Shown here in pieces: positions 56,648-64,000 of a DNA stretch of 64,000 nucleotides (the stretch's first letter is position 1; each line of letters starts with the position of its first letter). The notes beneath the pieces are model-generated. The model was not told the DNA's origin and ran no database searches. It was given only the letters and a program-made list of their open reading frames with translations. Origin of the DNA: a virus (taxonomy: Duplodnaviria; Caudoviricetes); IMG/VR virus record IMGVR_UViG_2880505610_000001, positions 32,001 through 96,000 of that record; one strand, written 5' to 3'. Position numbers and translations under genes: made by a program.

Positions 56648-56887
56648 GTGTCGGATCCGATGACCGCCGTCCTCGCCGCCCGCGAGCACTTCCAGCAGGC
56701 CCAGAAGGACGCCAAGCGCGCGGTAGACCGTGCTCGAGCCGCCTTCGGCAAGAGCATCAAGGAGGCCCGTGAACCCGGCGGCGCCACCCAGGAGCGGATC
56801 AGGGCTGAGCTGAAGCTCACCCGTGAACAGGTCCGCCGGTACGAGCGGTTCTACGAACAGTGGCGCGAGAAGAACGGCGAGCCCTGA
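56648..56887 (+). CDS. Small HTH protein divergent from replication initiator
   Basis: RAAFGKSIKEAR..TQERIRAELKLTREQVRR; start at 56648 or 56660. Confidence 0.75.
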   Translation: MSDPMTAVLAAREHFQQAQKDAKRAVDRARAAFGKSIKEAREPGGATQERIRAELKLTREQVRRYERFYEQWREKNGEP

Positions 56888-56889
56888 CA

Positions 56890-57309
56890 TCACGCCGCTC
56901 CCCTCTCGGCCGGCGCCTCTGACGCCCCGGCCTTGAGTTCTGCTCGGCAGTGCTTGCATCGGGACCGGAGGCCGTCACGCTTGGACCTGTCCACGCCGAA
57001 GTCGCGGACCGACCGGACCTGCTGGCAGCCAGCGCACCACTTCTCCCCCGGTGCGATTACAAGCTGCCCGTATGGGAGCTGGTCCTGGCCGTGGGTCCAG
57101 GCGATCAGTTCGGAGAACGTCGCGTCGTCCGGGACCAGGACGGCGAGGGCGATGATCAGCGCAGCGATGCGGTCACGGTGGCCGGCGTCCAAGAGCGGGC
57201 CCAGGACTGCGGCGACAGCGGAGGCATCGCGGTCCCGGACGGTCACGGCCAGTTGGGTCGCCGACGGCAGCGCGTCATCGATGAGGGCGTCGAGAGGGTG
57301 CGCGGTCAT
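56890..57309 (-). CDS. Hypothetical protein with C-terminal CxxC..CxxC domain
   Basis: KWCAGC..FGVDRSKRDGL..CKHC. Confidence 0.7.
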   Translation of the reverse strand: MTAHPLDALIDDALPSATQLAVTVRDRDASAVAAVLGPLLDAGHRDRIAALIIALAVLVPDDATFSELIAWTHGQDQLPYGQLVIAPGEKWCAGCQQVRSVRDFGVDRSKRDGLRSRCKHCRAELKAGASEAPAERGAA

Positions 57310-57617
57310 GCCGCCCTCCCCCGCTCACGCCGCATCCTCCGCTTGCGCTCAGCGGCCCGTTCGTCGGCATCCAGGCCGCCCCACACGCCATGCTGAGGGG
57401 CCTCTGCCAGCGCGGCGTCGAGGCACTTGGTCCGGACAGGGCAGCCGGAGCACACCAGCTTCGCGCGCTTCTCCCGGGCGACGCGGTCGTGGTTGCGTTC
57501 GCCCTCGGGCCCGAAGAACAGCTCGAGGTTCATTCCGGAGCAGTTGGCCTTGTCCTGCCACGTCCAGTCCGCGCCGACGGCCCGGCGCGGCTCCGCCAGC
57601 TCCGGCTTGTGGGTCAC
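57306..57617 (-). CDS. whiB: WhiB-family Fe-S transcription factor
   Basis: WQDKANC..FF..CSGCPVRTKC..GVWGG. Confidence 0.95.
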   Translation of the reverse strand: MTHKPELAEPRRAVGADWTWQDKANCSGMNLELFFGPEGERNHDRVAREKRAKLVCSGCPVRTKCLDAALAEAPQHGVWGGLDADERAAERKRRMRRERGRAA

Positions 57618-58435
57618 TGGGTCACCGCCTTGAGCCGGGGGAACTCACGAACACGAAGCTCGGCCGGCCAGTACTGCATGTCGCCGCCCTTCGGGTCTCC
57701 GTGCGCCGCAACCGTCTTCCCAGCCGTGAGCCAGTCGCTCGCCCAGACGCTGCCCATCTGCTTGACGAACACGGGCACATCGACGTCCTGGCAGGTCTGG
57801 ACGATGTCGATCGCCCACGCGAGATCCATCTCGCGGGCGCCAGGGCCGCTCTCACCGCCGACGATGGCCCAGGACACGGCAGTGAGATCGAGTGCGTGCA
57901 GCGGTCCGAGGAGCGGCTCAAGGGACAGGAACCGGACAGCGGCCGGCGTCGTGGCGAGATCCGCTACCCGGTGGAGCTGGGTAGCGTCCTCCACGGACAC
58001 GCCCATCCACACGTTCGGTGGCCACTCCAGGTCGGCGGCCATGCGTCGAAGCCGCATCGACCGCTTCGTCAGCACCTGATACGTGTGCTGCGGCGTGTCC
58101 GCCATCACCTCGAACACCCGGCGGATGAAGTCCTTCGGGACGCGTGCGTGGAACAGGTCGCTCATCGAGTTCACGAACACGGTCCGCGGCTTGCGCCACC
58201 GGTACGGGAGGTTGAGGGCGTCCTCATGGACGGACAGACCGAACCCGGGTCCAGACGTGCGGGGGTCGCCGTCGTTCTGATACTTGGCCTGGCCCATCGC
58301 CTTTAGGCGCTTTGCCATCGTGAGGGCGTAGCAGTTATCGCATCCTGCGGAGATCCGGTCACAACCGGTAGATGGATTCCAGGTCTCACCTGCGAAGCCG
58401 TCGCGGTGGGTCCACTCAATGTTCGTTGCCGCCAT
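57614..58435 (-). CDS. DUF5131 (phage Gp37/Gp68) protein
   Basis: IEWT, WNP.TGCDRISAGCDNCYA, FVNSMSDLFH, GGESG. Confidence 0.93.
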   Translation of the reverse strand: MAATNIEWTHRDGFAGETWNPSTGCDRISAGCDNCYALTMAKRLKAMGQAKYQNDGDPRTSGPGFGLSVHEDALNLPYRWRKPRTVFVNSMSDLFHARVPKDFIRRVFEVMADTPQHTYQVLTKRSMRLRRMAADLEWPPNVWMGVSVEDATQLHRVADLATTPAAVRFLSLEPLLGPLHALDLTAVSWAIVGGESGPGAREMDLAWAIDIVQTCQDVDVPVFVKQMGSVWASDWLTAGKTVAAHGDPKGGDMQYWPAELRVREFPRLKAVTQ

Positions 58436-58926
58436 CAGGCAGCCCTCCGCTCTGCCTCGCGGGCGTGGTGGCATGTGGTGCAGACGGGCTCGACGTCCTC
58501 GTGGTGCTCGGGGGCGTAGCCGAGGTGGTGGTCGTACTCGTGGCGTCGCTGCTCGGGCGTGTAGACGTGGCCGCAGTCCACGCAAGGCAGTTCGTTGGGG
58601 TCGGGGATGAGTCCCGCGTCGACCAGATAGTTCACTCGGCCGCGGGCCTGGCGCGCGTCGCCGTCACGGGCCGGAACGAACCTTCGCCCCTTCTCCGGAC
58701 GCGGTCGCGGCTGATAGAGCTGCTGGGAGCGGCGTGAACGGTGGTTCCTGCACGCTGCGGTGAGTCCGTCGTAGCGGCTGCGGTCCACAGCGAATTCGCC
58801 CCGGTCATGCCAGGTCTTGCATCCGCCGCACCACTTCTCGCCGGCGTTTACTCGCTTGCGGTATTCGTCGAGCGTCAGGCCGATACGCGCGGCAGCGGCT
58901 TTCTCGACACCAGCAGCACTACCCAT
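58435..58926 (-). CDS. HNH-like Zn-binding protein
   Basis: CVDCG..HEYDHH..VCTTCHH. Confidence 0.7.
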   Translation of the reverse strand: MGSAAGVEKAAAARIGLTLDEYRKRVNAGEKWCGGCKTWHDRGEFAVDRSRYDGLTAACRNHRSRRSQQLYQPRPRPEKGRRFVPARDGDARQARGRVNYLVDAGLIPDPNELPCVDCGHVYTPEQRRHEYDHHLGYAPEHHEDVEPVCTTCHHAREAERRAA

Positions 58927-59434
58927 GAGTGGTCTCCGTGGGGGTGTTGATCGAGCGAGCAACGAGCTGGGCGCGGACGGCCTCGTCCACCTCGGCCGGG
59001 AGTCGCCACAGGCCCAGGGCGCCCTTGCACGGCACTGGCTCGGCCAGGGGGCGGACGTTCGCCAGTTGCCAGTGCCACTGGCCGGCGACGGCCCATGGCG
59101 AGCAGAGGTTCGTGGCCCCGAGCCCGTACGGGATCACCTGGTCGTCGTAGCCGCCGCAGGGGACGTCGGGGTCTCCGTCCTCGTGGCAGCCGACGATCTC
59201 GGCGACGGCAACCACAGCGCCACGGACGTCCTGCTGGGCGGCCTGCCGGGGCGTCAGCCCGGTCATCTCGGCGATCCAGTCGAGCGTGGCCGGTGAGACG
59301 TCGTCGAACGCCTTGGAGGCGTGTACCGCGATGAGTCCGCGGTACCGGGTCGGGCGGGACCTGTTCTCAACGTCCTTGCCGTGGCAGATGGCCATGCTCC
59401 ACGGCTGCTTCACCGAGAGGGCGCGGAGAGTCAT
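58919..59434 (-). CDS. ASCH domain protein
   Basis: ALSVKQPW..GKDVENR..IAVHA..KGALGLW. Confidence 0.9.
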   Translation of the reverse strand: MTLRALSVKQPWSMAICHGKDVENRSRPTRYRGLIAVHASKAFDDVSPATLDWIAEMTGLTPRQAAQQDVRGAVVAVAEIVGCHEDGDPDVPCGGYDDQVIPYGLGATNLCSPWAVAGQWHWQLANVRPLAEPVPCKGALGLWRLPAEVDEAVRAQLVARSINTPTETTHG

Positions 59435-61207
59435 GACGCACCGGCCTTCCCGGTGACGTACACCCAGTCGTCGCCACCCCGCTGGCCCGCGGCTGCCTTG
59501 AACGCGGCGCGCACCGTGTCGTAGTGCGGGTAGCTAGCCTGAGCGCGCGCGACTTTGTCAGCGTCCGCCGCGGGCAGCGGCGGCTTCTCGATCCGCTCGT
59601 CTTCGTCCTCGTCCTTGTACGTCCAGCAGTCGCGGCAGACGATGCGGCCCTCGATGCGGATCCAGCCCTGGACGTCTTCGCAGTCGTCCGCAGGGAAGAA
59701 CTTGTCGACCTCTTCCTTGGTCCACAGGACGCGGCTGCCTTCGTAGTCGTCGTCCTCGAAGGGGCGGTTGCAGCGCGAGCAGTGGAGGATGACGCGGAGG
59801 GTGGGTTCGAGGATCATGATGTCTTCGCCTCCTCGGCCTCGAGGGCGGCGTAGTACTCCGACAGCTTGATCCGCTGCCACACGGCCGGGTCGATCTTGTC
59901 GGCGTCGCTGACGGCCGGGTCGATCGACCAGGTCACGTACACCGCGTCGCCGTGCTTGGCGACTCCGGGATAGGCGAACCGGCGCATGTCGAAGCCGACC
60001 TCGGGCATCCCGCCGGGGAGGTCCTTGCGCGGGTCGGGCCGGGTCAACGTCGCGAGCCGAGCGTCGATCTTCCTGCCGGCGGAGGTGCGGAGTGCGGGCA
60101 CGATCGCTTCCGGCAGGCTCCGGTCGCGGCGCCACCCTTCGGGGATGTCCTCGTCCTGGGGGTGCTCGACACCGATGACACGCGTGCTGCCCTGGGTGGC
60201 GAAGCGGCGGCCGAGGAAACCCAGGTCCGCGATGGTCTCTTCGACCGTTTCGCGCCACTGGCGCTGCGCCGAAGTGCTGGCGGTGTTCTCCCAGTGGGCG
60301 AGCACGTCCGGATGGGCGCTCTTGTAGACAACTTCAGGCATGGAAGGTCTCCTGCTTGGGGGGTGTGTAGCGGCGGCAGCCGCAGGGGGTGGCCTCAGGC
60401 CCGGTGGAGGTCGAGCAGCCGGTGCGGGTCCGGCGGTCGCCGGCGAGGCCGTGGAACACGTCCAAGTGCTGGCACGCGTCGCACGGGATACCGGGCCGGG
60501 TGGTGGCCTCGCCTGCCGCAGGGGCGGCGCCTTCCGGCAGGCGAGGAGACTGGGGACGGCGGGTCATGACGCATCCCGCCTCAAAAGCTGGCCCGCGGGC
60601 ACCTGGAGGGACGCGACCGTCTCCTCCAGGGCGTAGATGCGGCACCAGGGGCATGCGAGGTTCTCGCCCGCGGCCCACCAGGGTTCGTGCTGGCCGGCGG
60701 GGCAGGTCTGCAGGCTGACGCGGGGACGGCCGTTGAACCCGTCGATCAGTGCGGTGCGGGCCTTCGCCAGCACCAGGTGCGGGTCAGCCCCGCCGTTGTC
60801 GATGATGTGGAGTGCCACAGACGCGGCGCCCACGGCGCGGACCGCGTCCAGGTCCGGGTTGGGGGTCTGGTGGTCGTTCACCGGTCACCGTCCTCAGGGA
60901 TGGTGATGATCTGCGCCGTCGTCGCGGACGCGTCGCCGCGCTCGACGTGCCGGAGCCGCTCGAGGAGGTAGCCGTTGACTCTGTGGAGTTCGGCGGACTC
61001 GGCGCGCAGCGCGTCGATCCGGCCGCGGCCTTGGGTGGCGCCGGTGAGGTAGGCGGCGGCCACCGACACGACCAGAAGGGCGACGGAGGGCTGCCACACG
61101 AACAGCGCGGCCGAGACGCCCAGCGCCGCGGCGGCGAGGGTCAGCAGCGGCCGGCGCGTCACCGCGTCCACGGCCCGGTCGACGGTCTTGGGGATGCGGA
61201 TGCTCAT
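59431..61207 (-). other. Five small coupled early genes (59431-59817, 59814-60341, 60334-60567, 60564-60881, 60878-61207 membrane protein)
   Basis: Overlapping starts and stops. Confidence 0.6.
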
Positions 61208-61806
61208 GCCGCCCTCCCCACCGGCGTGACCGCCCCGTCGTGGTCGAGTAGGACGAGGCCGAGCTTCCAGTGCAGGACCGGCGTAGTGGCAGGGTCCTGT
61301 CCGAACCGCAGCCAGTAGCCAGCCAGGTTGTCGGCGGAGGCGCGCTGCTCGACGCGGCCATGGCATCCCGTGATTCCAGATCCTCCGAGCAGGAGCAGGT
61401 TCGCCGGCGAGTGGATCAGCGGATCCGTGGATCCGCCCATGCCCCGGGCCCGGCGGTGCTGGAGACTGTGCGGCTGCCCAGTCAGCGGGGCGCCGCAGCA
61501 GAAGCAGACGCAGCCGTCGCGTTCCATGACCAGCGTCCGGATCCTCCTGGGGATATCCGTGGACGGAGATGGGCCGCGCAGCGAGGTCAGGTGCCACCAG
61601 CCGTAGCCGCACTTGTAGGCCCGCTGGGGGCGCTTGTCCGCGTCGCTGAGCATGGCGATCCTGTTCAGCGCCGCCAGCGCCGCGGCCTCGGTGGCGTACG
61701 CCTTCTTGTCGCAGCACCGGCCCGGCTGCACCAGCCGGGTGCGGCGCCGCAGCGGCATCCTCGTGTTCAGTCGGGTGCGGCGGGACAAGCGGCTCGAGCG
61801 CTTCAC
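61204..61806 (-). CDS. HNH-like protein
   Basis: RAYKC..WWHLTS; ERDG.CFCC..HRRARGMGG..NLLLL..GCHG. Confidence 0.75.
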   Translation of the reverse strand: MKRSSRLSRRTRLNTRMPLRRRTRLVQPGRCCDKKAYATEAAALAALNRIAMLSDADKRPQRAYKCGYGWWHLTSLRGPSPSTDIPRRIRTLVMERDGCVCFCCGAPLTGQPHSLQHRRARGMGGSTDPLIHSPANLLLLGGSGITGCHGRVEQRASADNLAGYWLRFGQDPATTPVLHWKLGLVLLDHDGAVTPVGRAA

Positions 61807-62150
61807 GGCGACCACCCCGACTGAGCCAGCGACGCCTCCGCACGCGCAGTGCTTGCCAAGGTCCGTCCGACGTCGATGCGGGCGTGAAGAGCGCGGATGT
61901 GCTCCTTCTGCAGCCGAACCAACGCGGCAGCCTTGCCCCAGATCCGCCACTCCTCGTCGCACTCGAAGATGGCGATCTGCTTGCGGTCCTCAACCGACCC
62001 AGCCGCTCCGCGGAAAATCTTGGAGTACTTGACGCGGAAGGCGCCCTCGGCCTCGATCGCCTCGTTCTCCAGGCGACCGAGGTCGTCCTTGGCCTTATCG
62101 AGGTCGACGCCGAGTTTGCCGAGCTGCTCAGCGATCGTGAACGGGTTCAC
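61803..62150 (-). CDS. Coiled-coil hypothetical protein
   Basis: GSVEDRK..IDVGRT. Confidence 0.7.
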   Translation of the reverse strand: MNPFTIAEQLGKLGVDLDKAKDDLGRLENEAIEAEGAFRVKYSKIFRGAAGSVEDRKQIAIFECDEEWRIWGKAAALVRLQKEHIRALHARIDVGRTLASTARAEASLAQSGWSP

Positions 62151-63175
62151 TGCTTCTCACCCCCGGCCTGCGGTAGAGCCCGCCAGCGGTCGCGGAGGAA
62201 GTCGGCGAGGTCTTCGAAGGTGTCGGGGCTGGTAGCGACCAGGTCTTCGCCCACTCGCTCGTCCTTGGCGAGATCGACGAGAGCCTCGATCTCCTGCCTG
62301 GTACTGGCGGACTTCGCACGGTCGGCGATCTGTTGGGCAGTCAGTGGCGCCTCCCCTGTCTGCGGGAGCTGGCTAGGCGTGGGGTGGGGAGCCTGGACGC
62401 CGCTGGTGAGCTGCCGCTGCTGTCCGGCTGGTGGCGGCGGAAGCTGTGCCTGCAGTCCGCCGGCCTCCAGTTGGCCCGACGCGATCTGCCGGAACGTCGC
62501 CATGACCTCGAGCACCGGCACCGGGAACTTCTTGGTCCGTCCGCGGGCAACACGCTGCCGGTGCTCGATCCGCAAGACCGCGGGCAGGAACACGCCCTGG
62601 TCTCGGGCGGCCTGCATCAACGCCGCGGCATCACCGATCTCCACGGCCGCGTAGTAGGAGTGGGTGTCGAGGCGGAACACGCCCAGGCCGGGCAGGTCCG
62701 GAATCATCACCGAGATCCGGGTGATCGCCTTGCATGCCTGGGGCGGATTCAGTGCTGCGAGGCGGGCTCGTTCCTTCGCTGCCGCCTCGATCTGAGACAG
62801 GTCGTTCGGGTCATCGGCGTGCGGGCACTGGCAGGGGCCACCGCTGATCTGCTCGATCTGGGAGTCGCAGCGGCGGGAACAGCCGCCCTTACTCCACATT
62901 TCGTACCACTGCGACACGACCTGGTCGCGGGGCGGGACGGTCACGCCGATCGTGTCGCGGCCCGTGATGACTTCGAACTCGTTGTTCCAGTCCTTCACCG
63001 TCCCGCCGTACAGCTCGGCGATCGCGTCGGCGGCGACCCGGGACTGCGTGGTGAAGCGGAAGGTGTCCAGGCGGGCTGGCCGCATCTTGTTCGGGTCCTG
63101 CTTCGAGGGCACCTGCTGGCCGATCCGGAGGCGGCCGATCTGCTGACCGCGGCGCTGTATGTCGAGAAGGGGCAT
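62147..63175 (-). CDS. Recombination directionality factor-like protein (phiC31/phiBT1 gp3-like family)
   Basis: LDIQRR..IGRLRIG, FRFT, YEMW..GC.RRC, GVFRLDTHSYYA. Confidence 0.75.
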   Translation of the reverse strand: MPLLDIQRRGQQIGRLRIGQQVPSKQDPNKMRPARLDTFRFTTQSRVAADAIAELYGGTVKDWNNEFEVITGRDTIGVTVPPRDQVVSQWYEMWSKGGCSRRCDSQIEQISGGPCQCPHADDPNDLSQIEAAAKERARLAALNPPQACKAITRISVMIPDLPGLGVFRLDTHSYYAAVEIGDAAALMQAARDQGVFLPAVLRIEHRQRVARGRTKKFPVPVLEVMATFRQIASGQLEAGGLQAQLPPPPAGQQRQLTSGVQAPHPTPSQLPQTGEAPLTAQQIADRAKSASTRQEIEALVDLAKDERVGEDLVATSPDTFEDLADFLRDRWRALPQAGGEKQ

Positions 63176-63176
63176 G

Positions 63177-64000
63177 TCAGGCCACCTGTTCTTCGTGCTC
63201 GGGGGATTCGTCAGCGAGGTGGCGTCCGTGGTCGGCGAGCATCTGCCGGACGGTGTCGGCGGTCTTCTTGCCAATCCGGTTCACCGCCAGCAGCTCGGCG
63301 CTGGTCAGTGACGCGACCTCGTCCAGGTCCGTGAGACCGGCCTGCCGGAGGGGGCCGAGGACGCGGCCGTAGCCTTCGCCGTCCAGGTCACTGAGCAGCG
63401 GCGCGGGGACAGTGCCGTCGGCGCGGAGTGGGCGGGCGACCTTGCCGGGCTTGGCGCCCACCTGGGATCGGCCCTCGATCAGTTCCACGGCGCGGCGGAA
63501 CCTGTTCCACGCGTGCGCGTCATCCCTCGGGGCGATCGGGATCAGCCGGTAGCCGTCGGCGTGTTCGGGCCGTAGGTGCAGTACTGCGCCCGCGTCGGTG
63601 GGGGGCAACGGGACGACCTGACCCATCGGCATCAGCGCCTCCCGCATCCGCCGGTAAGCGGCGAGCTGCTCGGGGATGGTGGCGTCGAGGTAGCGGCCAG
63701 TTTTGGTGTCGACGCACAGCCGCAGCATCTGCTCCGGCGCCGCAACCAGGCGCCCGGCCGGAGAGAGTGCGACACCGCGCAGCCCGAGGATCGTGTCGAG
63801 GGTTCCGGCGACCTTCAGGAGCCGGTTGAACACGGTCATCTCGGCGGCCTCGAACACCGGGTCGAAGTCCGCGACGAACTGGATGAATCCGGCGACCATG
63901 AAGTCGATGACGTCCTCGATCGGCTCACCGTCGTACAGGGCGCCGTGCAGTTGGTCCGGGAGCGTCGGGAGAGGGATGTCGCTGCCAGCGCGGTCGGGTG
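63177..64000 (-). CDS. PD-(D/E)xK exonuclease-like protein with C-terminal HhH (5' truncated)
   Basis: EMTV..AGTLD..VDTKTG..QLAAY; ELLAVNRIGKK. Confidence 0.8.
   Translation of the reverse strand, partial: PDRAGSDIPLPTLPDQLHGALYDGEPIEDVIDFMVAGFIQFVADFDPVFEAAEMTVFNRLLKVAGTLDTILGLRGVALSPAGRLVAAPEQMLRLCVDTKTGRYLDATIPEQLAAYRRMREALMPMGQVVPLPPTDAGAVLHLRPEHADGYRLIPIAPRDDAHAWNRFRRAVELIEGRSQVGAKPGKVARPLRADGTVPAPLLSDLDGEGYGRVLGPLRQAGLTDLDEVASLTSAELLAVNRIGKKTADTVRQMLADHGRHLADESPEHEEQVA

Larger units (their letters stand above)
1..64000. mobile_element. Temperate siphovirus (prophage or phage-plasmid) of an actinomycete; incomplete at both window edges
   Basis: Complete head-tail-lysis module, replication module, WhiB and tyrosine recombinase; no host housekeeping genes seen. 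Confidence 0.9.

Noticed and set aside
1-64000. CRISPR array, reverse transcriptase/DGR/retron, IS transposase, rRNA
   Set aside because: No regularly spaced repeats, YxDD RT motif, DDE transposase or rRNA-like sequence recognised by eye; a computational scan was not possible
63177-64000. Cas4 implying a CRISPR system
   Set aside because: PD-(D/E)xK exonuclease in a phage recombination module; no Fe-S Cys cluster visible and no cas context

Overview
High-GC actinobacterial temperate siphovirus, probably from a filamentous actinomycete (host is inferred). It fills the window and runs off both ends. On the minus strand, from about 64 kb down to 12.5 kb, the order is: recombination genes; WhiB, DUF5131 and ASCH genes; replication (initiator, DnaC-like loader, DnaB); two DNA methyltransferases; a T4 Rnl1-type RNA ligase; a late operon that opens with a methyltransferase and glycosyltransferases; HNH and a candidate cos site; terminase, portal, capsid and tail (with a GGGGGAA -1 frameshift); and lysis. 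The left 12 kb is accessory. It holds a Cre-like tyrosine recombinase operon with an adjacent 11-6-11 lox/dif-like site, a Ro60 (TROVE) gene preceded by two tandem Y RNAs (one with a circularly permuted tRNA-like domain), an XRE-DUF5753/DUF397/ATPase/methyltransferase cassette, and a run of hairpins. The strongest observations are: (1) phage-borne Ro60, two Y RNAs and an RNA ligase, a possible RNA repair or counter-defence system; (2) four glycosyltransferases plus a methyltransferase, with major capsid and tail tube proteins both ending in G-x-G-S, suggesting virion glycosylation; (3) hints of a phage-plasmid lifestyle; (4) a hidden Acb2/Tad1-like ORF in the lysis cassette; (5) several unannotated RNA structures. 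All family calls come from motifs recognised by eye, and no database searches were run.
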